Assembly (NCBI GenBank): GCA_003971905.1
Contig: RSEE01000089.1
Location: 248,001-288,136 of the forward strand
DNA: 40,136 nt
Direction of reading: 5' to 3'
From: Moniliella sp. 'wahieum'
Lineage: Eukaryota
This document shows, one piece after another, positions 35,675 to 40,136 of this stretch. A program made the translations under genes and the position numbers. The number at the start of each line of letters is the position of its first letter. The stretch's first letter is position 1. The notes under the pieces are model-generated. The model searched no databases. It saw nothing but the letters and a program-made list of their open reading frames with translations, and had not been told where the DNA came from.

Positions 35675-35734
35675 AGATAGGGACATAGGGACAGTGGGAG
35701 TCTCGTTAATCCATTCATGCGCGTCACGAATTAA

Positions 35735-35776
<42 letters not shown>

Positions 35777-37616
35777 TCCCGCCGTTTACCCGCGCTTGGT
35801 TGAATCTCTTCACTTTGACATTCAGAGCACTGGGCAAAATCACATTGCGTCAACACCACGTTATGGCCATCGCAATGCTATGTTTTAATTAGACAGTCAG
35901 ATTCCCCGCGTCCGTACCAGTTCCAAGTCGCTTGTTCAGCGCACCTTTCGGACCGCGCCGCAGCGCGCCGCCCAGCCGCCAGCTTGCGCCCCCGGCAGCC
36001 CAGGCCGCCACCCGCACGCCCCGGCCAGCACCCAAGCCTTGGAGCCAATCCTTCTCCCAAGTTACGGATCAAATTTGCCGACTTCCCTTACCTACGTTCT
36101 CGTTTCAAACTAGAGGCTCTTCACCTTGGAGACCTGCTGCGGTGATCAGTACGACCGGGCGAGAGACTAGACACGCACCAGGATTTTCACGGGCCGTCGA
36201 GCACACACCAGATGCCAGCGTAGCGCCAGCACTCTTCCCACGCCCTGCACCGTCTCTCCGATAACCCGATTCCACGGCGCATTCTCAGTTATGTAGCAGA
36301 AAAGAAAACTCTTCCTGGGGTACTCGCCAGCGTCTCCTGGCTTGCTTGCGTTACCGCTCTGAACATCCTCATCCCGGCGACGGAATCTTAACCGTCTTCC
36401 CTTTCCCGAACCACACCCCCCAAAAGGGTGCTATGGATCACATCAGCCTATCGGTGGATCGGCTCACCCATGTCCAACTGCTGTTACCATGAACCTTTCT
36501 CCACTTCAGTCTTCAAGGTTACTCGCTTGAATATTTGCTACTGCCACCAAGATCTGCACCAGGGGCCGTTCCACGCAGGCTCACGCCCAACGCTTCGGCA
36601 CAAAACCCCCGCGCCTGCCTACTCTTTCGCACAACTCTGGCACGAAAGGTGTGGTATGGGAGACACGCTTCAGCGCCATCCATTTTCAGGGCTAGTACAT
36701 TCGGTTGGTGAGTTGTTACACACTCCTTAGCGGATTCCGACTTCCATGGCCACCGTCCAACTGTCTAGATGTACCAACACCTTTTGTGGTGTCTCATGAG
36801 CGTGTACTCTGGCTCCTTAACCACACGATCGGTTCATCCCGCATCGCCAGTTCTGCTTACCAAAATGGCCCACTAGAAACTCACATTCAACGCACAAGCT
36901 CAACCAAGCAGCAAGTGCTTCTTACGCATTTAAAGTTTGAGAATAGGTTAAGAACATTTCGTCCCCAAGGCCTCTAATCATTCGCTTTACCTCATAAAAT
37001 TGTTCTCACACGAGCTTCTGCTATCCTGAGGGAAACTTCGGCAGGAACCAGCTACTAGATGGTTCGATTAGTCTTTCGCCCCTTTGCCCAGCTCAAACGA
37101 TCGATTTGCACGTCAGAACCGCGACGGACCTCCACCAGGGTTTCCCCTGGCTTCATCCTAGCCAGGCAAAGTTCACCATCTTTCGGGTCCCAACAGGTAT
37201 GCTCTTGCTCAGACCCATCTTGTGCGCACACGCAGGGCCGGCCGGTACTGCACCCGAGGGTTCGTACCCACATCACTTTCATTTCGCACGCCGGTTTGCC
37301 ACCCACATACTCGCATACATGTTAGACTCCTTGGTCCGTGTTTCAAGACGGGCCGCTGAAAGCCATTAAGCCCATGTCCACCACACGGCAGTCCTCGGTC
37401 GTGCGCAGGGCATCCAGCGCGGCTATAACACTCCCCCCAAAGGGAAAGCCACCTTCCGCGCCGCCTTCTCCCCCACACACAACCGACATGGGCCCCACGC
37501 CGCCCAGTACACCCCCCGAGAGGGGCAGACGCGGCGCCGCTCCGGCACTGACTTCCAACGCTTCCCTTTTGGCAATTTCACGTACTCTTTAACTCTCTTT
37601 CCAAAGTGCTTTTCAT

Positions 37617-37650
<34 letters not shown>

Positions 37651-37982
37651 TCCCCCATATTTAGCCTTGGATGGCCTTTACCACCCCTCTTTGCGCTGCA
37701 TTCCCAACAACGCGACTCGTCGAGCGCACCCCACAACACGGCACCAGGCCAGACCAAGCACGGGATTCTCACCCTCTCTGATGCTGCTTTCCAGCAGACT
37801 TGGCGTCCAGCCGCACCGCACGAGGCACGTCTCCAGCTTACAATGCGCCCGCAAGGGAGCTTTCAAATCTGGGCTCATCCCGCTTCGCTCGCCGCTACTA
37901 GGGGAATCCATGTTTGTTTCTCTTCCTCCGCTTATTGATATGCTTAAGTTCAGCGGTAGTCCTACCTGATCTGAGGTCGAAT
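35675..37982 (-). rRNA. 28S (25S) rRNA, 5' ~2.3 kb only; domains V-VI missing
   Basis: Starts GACCTCAGATCAGGTAGG..GCTGAACTTAAGCATATCAATAAGCGGAGGA. Contains CCGTCTTGAAACACGGACC, CCGAAGTTTCCCTCAGGA and TAACTATGACTCTCTTAAGGTAGCC. Homology stops at CCCACTGTCCCTA-TGTCCCTATCT. Confidence 0.97.
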
Positions 37983-38103
37983 CGGGGGGGTGTTCGTATC
38001 GGCCTCCCACTACAACGTCTCTTCCTAGTGGTACCTTCGTACTTTTCAGGAGAGACCCCGATGGATCAAACTCCCACATCCATTCCACCGAATGATAAGG
38101 ATT
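37983..38103 (-). other. ITS2 (~120 bp)
   Basis: Spacer between the 5.8S 3' end and the 28S 5' end. Confidence 0.9.
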
Positions 38104-38259
38104 CACAACACTCAAACAGGCATGCCGGGGGGAATAGCCCCCTGGCGCAAGATGCGTTCAAAGACTCGATGGTTCACGGTTCTGCAATTCACACTACCTT
38201 TCGCGTTTCGCTGCGTTCTTCATCGATGGGAGAACCAAGAGATCCATTGCCAAAAGTTG
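38104..38259 (-). rRNA. 5.8S rRNA
   Basis: AACTTTTGGCAATGGATCTCTTGGTTCTCCCATCGATGAAGAACGCAGCGAAA...GAATTGCAGAA...TTTGAACGCA...GCATGCCTGTTTGAGTGT. Confidence 0.97.
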
Positions 38260-38350
38260 TATAATATCAGTGATACTTCCTTGCCTTGCTAAGAGGGTGT
38301 TTGTGTTCACAGGTGGACCATGGGGCGAGCCCCAAGGTGTTTGGTCCCAG
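38260..38350 (-). other. ITS1 (~90 bp)
   Basis: Spacer between 18S GGATCATT and 5.8S AACTTT. Confidence 0.9.
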
Positions 38351-38993
38351 AATGATCCTTCTGCAGGTTCACCTACAGAAACCTTGTTATGACTTGTACT
38401 TCCTCTAAATGACCAAGTTTGCACAAGTTTCCAGCCAAGCGCCGCGCCGGTAAAGGCACAGCACGGCCAGTCCCAAGGCTCACTAAGCCATTCATCGGTA
38501 GTAACGACAGGCGGTGTGTACAAAGGGCAGGGACGTAATCAACGCAAGCTGATGACTTGCGCTTACTAGGAATTCCTCGTTGAAGAGCAACAATTACAAT
38601 GCTCTATCCCCAGCACGACAGAGTTTCACAAGAGTACCCAGCCCTTCCGGACAAGGCGTCTGCACAAGGCAAACCTACTCGCTGGCTCTGTCAGTGTAGC
38701 GCGCGTGCGGCCCAGAACATCTAAGGGCATCACAGACCTGTTATTGCCTCCAACTTCCGTGGCTTATACCGCAGCACAGTCCCTCTAAGAAGCCAGCCAA
38801 CAGCGAACATGCGCCAGAGGGGCTAGTTAGCAGGAGAAGGTCTCGTTCGTTATCGGAATTAACCAGACAAATCACTTCACCAACTAAGACGGCCATGCAC
38901 CACCACCCATAGAATCATGAAAGCTATCAATCTGTCAATCCTTCCCATGTCTGGACCTGGTGAGTTTCCCCGTGTTGAGTCAAATTAAGCCGC

Positions 38994-39027
<34 letters not shown>

Positions 39028-39028
39028 T

Positions 39029-39062
<34 letters not shown>

Positions 39063-39196
39063 AGAACCCAAACTTTGATTTCTCGAAACGGTGCTGACCC
39101 TGTTGACAAAATGTACAAGGGCCAATCCCGAGCCGGCATCGTTTACTGTCGAGACTACACGGTATCTAATCGTTTTCGATCCCCGACCTTCGTTCC

Positions 39197-39234
<38 letters not shown>

Positions 39235-39780
39235 AGTTTGTCTTGACACAATCCAAGAATTTCACCTCTAGCGTGTCAATACAAATGCCCCCAACTGTCC
39301 CTATTCATCATTACGGCAGTTCCGTCACAACCAACAAAACAGAACCACAATCGTCCTATTTTATTATTCCATGCTAATCTATTCCGGCACAAGCGCCTGC
39401 TTTGAACACTCTAATTTCCTCAAAGTAAACCGGGGCCGCCCTCACCCTCCCATAGGAAGAGCAAGCACACATCCCCCACAGCCCGACACACGCAGTACAC
39501 GCCGTGAGCGGACCACAACCGCCGAGCCCCAAGTTCAACTACGAGCGTTTTAAACTGCAACAACTTTAATATACGCTATTGGAGCTGGAATTACCGCGGC
39601 TGCTGGCACCAGACTTGCCCTCCAATTGTTCCTCGTTAAGGGATTTAAATTGTACTCATTCCAATTGCGAGACCCAGAGGGCCCCGCATCGTTATTTATT
39701 GTCACTACCTCCCCGTGTCGGGATTGGGCAATTTGCGCGCCTGCTGCCTTCCTTGGATGTGGTAGCCGTTTCTCAGGCTC
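38351..39780 (-). rRNA. 18S rRNA lacking its 5' ~390 nt; no introns
   Basis: Begins abruptly at GAGCCTGAGAAACGGCTACCACATCCAAGG. Contains GTGCCAGCAGCCGCGGTAA, AAACTTAAAGAAATTGACGG and GTACACACCGCC; ends GAAGGATCATT. Confidence 0.97.
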
Positions 39781-39951
39781 TTTACTTACAAGGGCATGCC
39801 CACCCCACCCATTCAGGGTTGAGACAATTTTGACTGGAAGACCACGGGAGTGAGTTAGTTTGAGTAGCCCAAGGCTGTAGCTATCCACCCCTACCACTCT
39901 CACTGTGATGCGACGCCTGGTCTTGGTGTGTCGGGGGGGTGTGTCAGGCAT

Positions 39952-40017
39952 GGTGGTGGGTGAGGGGGGAGGGTTAGGGTGGGTGGGGTGAGGGTGAGGG
40001 TTAGGGTGGGGTGGGTG
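39952..40017 (+). repeat. G-rich tract with TTAGGG/TGAGGG/TGGGG units
   Basis: gggttagggtgggtggggtgagggtgagggttagggtggggtgggtg. Confidence 0.85.
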
Positions 40018-40136
40018 TAACTTTTGAACGGGGCGTCGGATGGAAAACGGAGGGCATATGCCTGCATAGAGCGGGACGATTTCCTAGCGAGCTATCGCCT
40101 CGGCATAACTCACTCTCTCCCTTCGGGTAGCTCGCT

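Noticed and set aside
35300..35675. Group I intron or HDV-like ribozyme after the 28S break (GGTTCAGAGAC resembles the R element)
   Set aside because: No matching S, P or Q elements, no HDV fold found, and no downstream exon; 28S tail, hairpin, spacer and 5S explain the region better.
35750..35764. R2 / I-PpoI target site
   Set aside because: CTCTCTTAAGGTAGC is intact, with no insertion.
35878..39853. ORFs overlapping the rRNA genes
   Set aside because: Spurious frames within rDNA.
39781..39951. Protein-coding gene start with intron signals (ATG 39951, CTAAC..CAG, GTAAGT) hosting the rDNA fragment
   Set aside because: The plausible splices give an immediate stop and no recognisable protein.
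39952..40017. True telomere
   Set aside because: Only two TTAGGG units among degenerate ones, and unique sequence continues beyond.

Overview
Eukaryotic, GC-rich fungal DNA with short GT-AG introns. The 5.8S signature AACTTTTGGCAA.GGATCTCTTGGTTCTCCCATCG suggests Ustilaginomycotina; the lineage is inferred, not searched. Frequent 1-nt indels, including in conserved rRNA, point to an unpolished long-read assembly, so gene coordinates are approximate. Bases 1-24.2 kb hold single-copy genes: a secreted SMP-30/gluconolactonase, a DHA1-type MFS transporter, YME2, a Skg3/Caf120-like PH protein, a KpsF/GutQ-like SIS protein and an NTO1/BRPF-like PHD protein. This part also has a small non-autonomous Helitron (A|TC...hairpin-CTAG|T) with a 5'-truncated CRE-clade (Cnl1/MoTeR-like) retrotransposon nested in its first 10 bp, flanked by a 9-bp target-site duplication. 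Bases 25.2-35.6 kb are a diverged, rearranged tandem array that looks like decayed rDNA intergenic spacer, with two 5S pseudogenes and a probable L1/Tx1 remnant. Bases 35.6-39.8 kb are a minus-strand rDNA unit broken at both ends. The 28S stops at the arthropod R1 target sequence, where there is an 8-bp duplication, and seems joined to the 28S 3' tail. The 18S lacks its first ~390 nt and has covarying changes in the decoding helix and in standard ITS primer sites.
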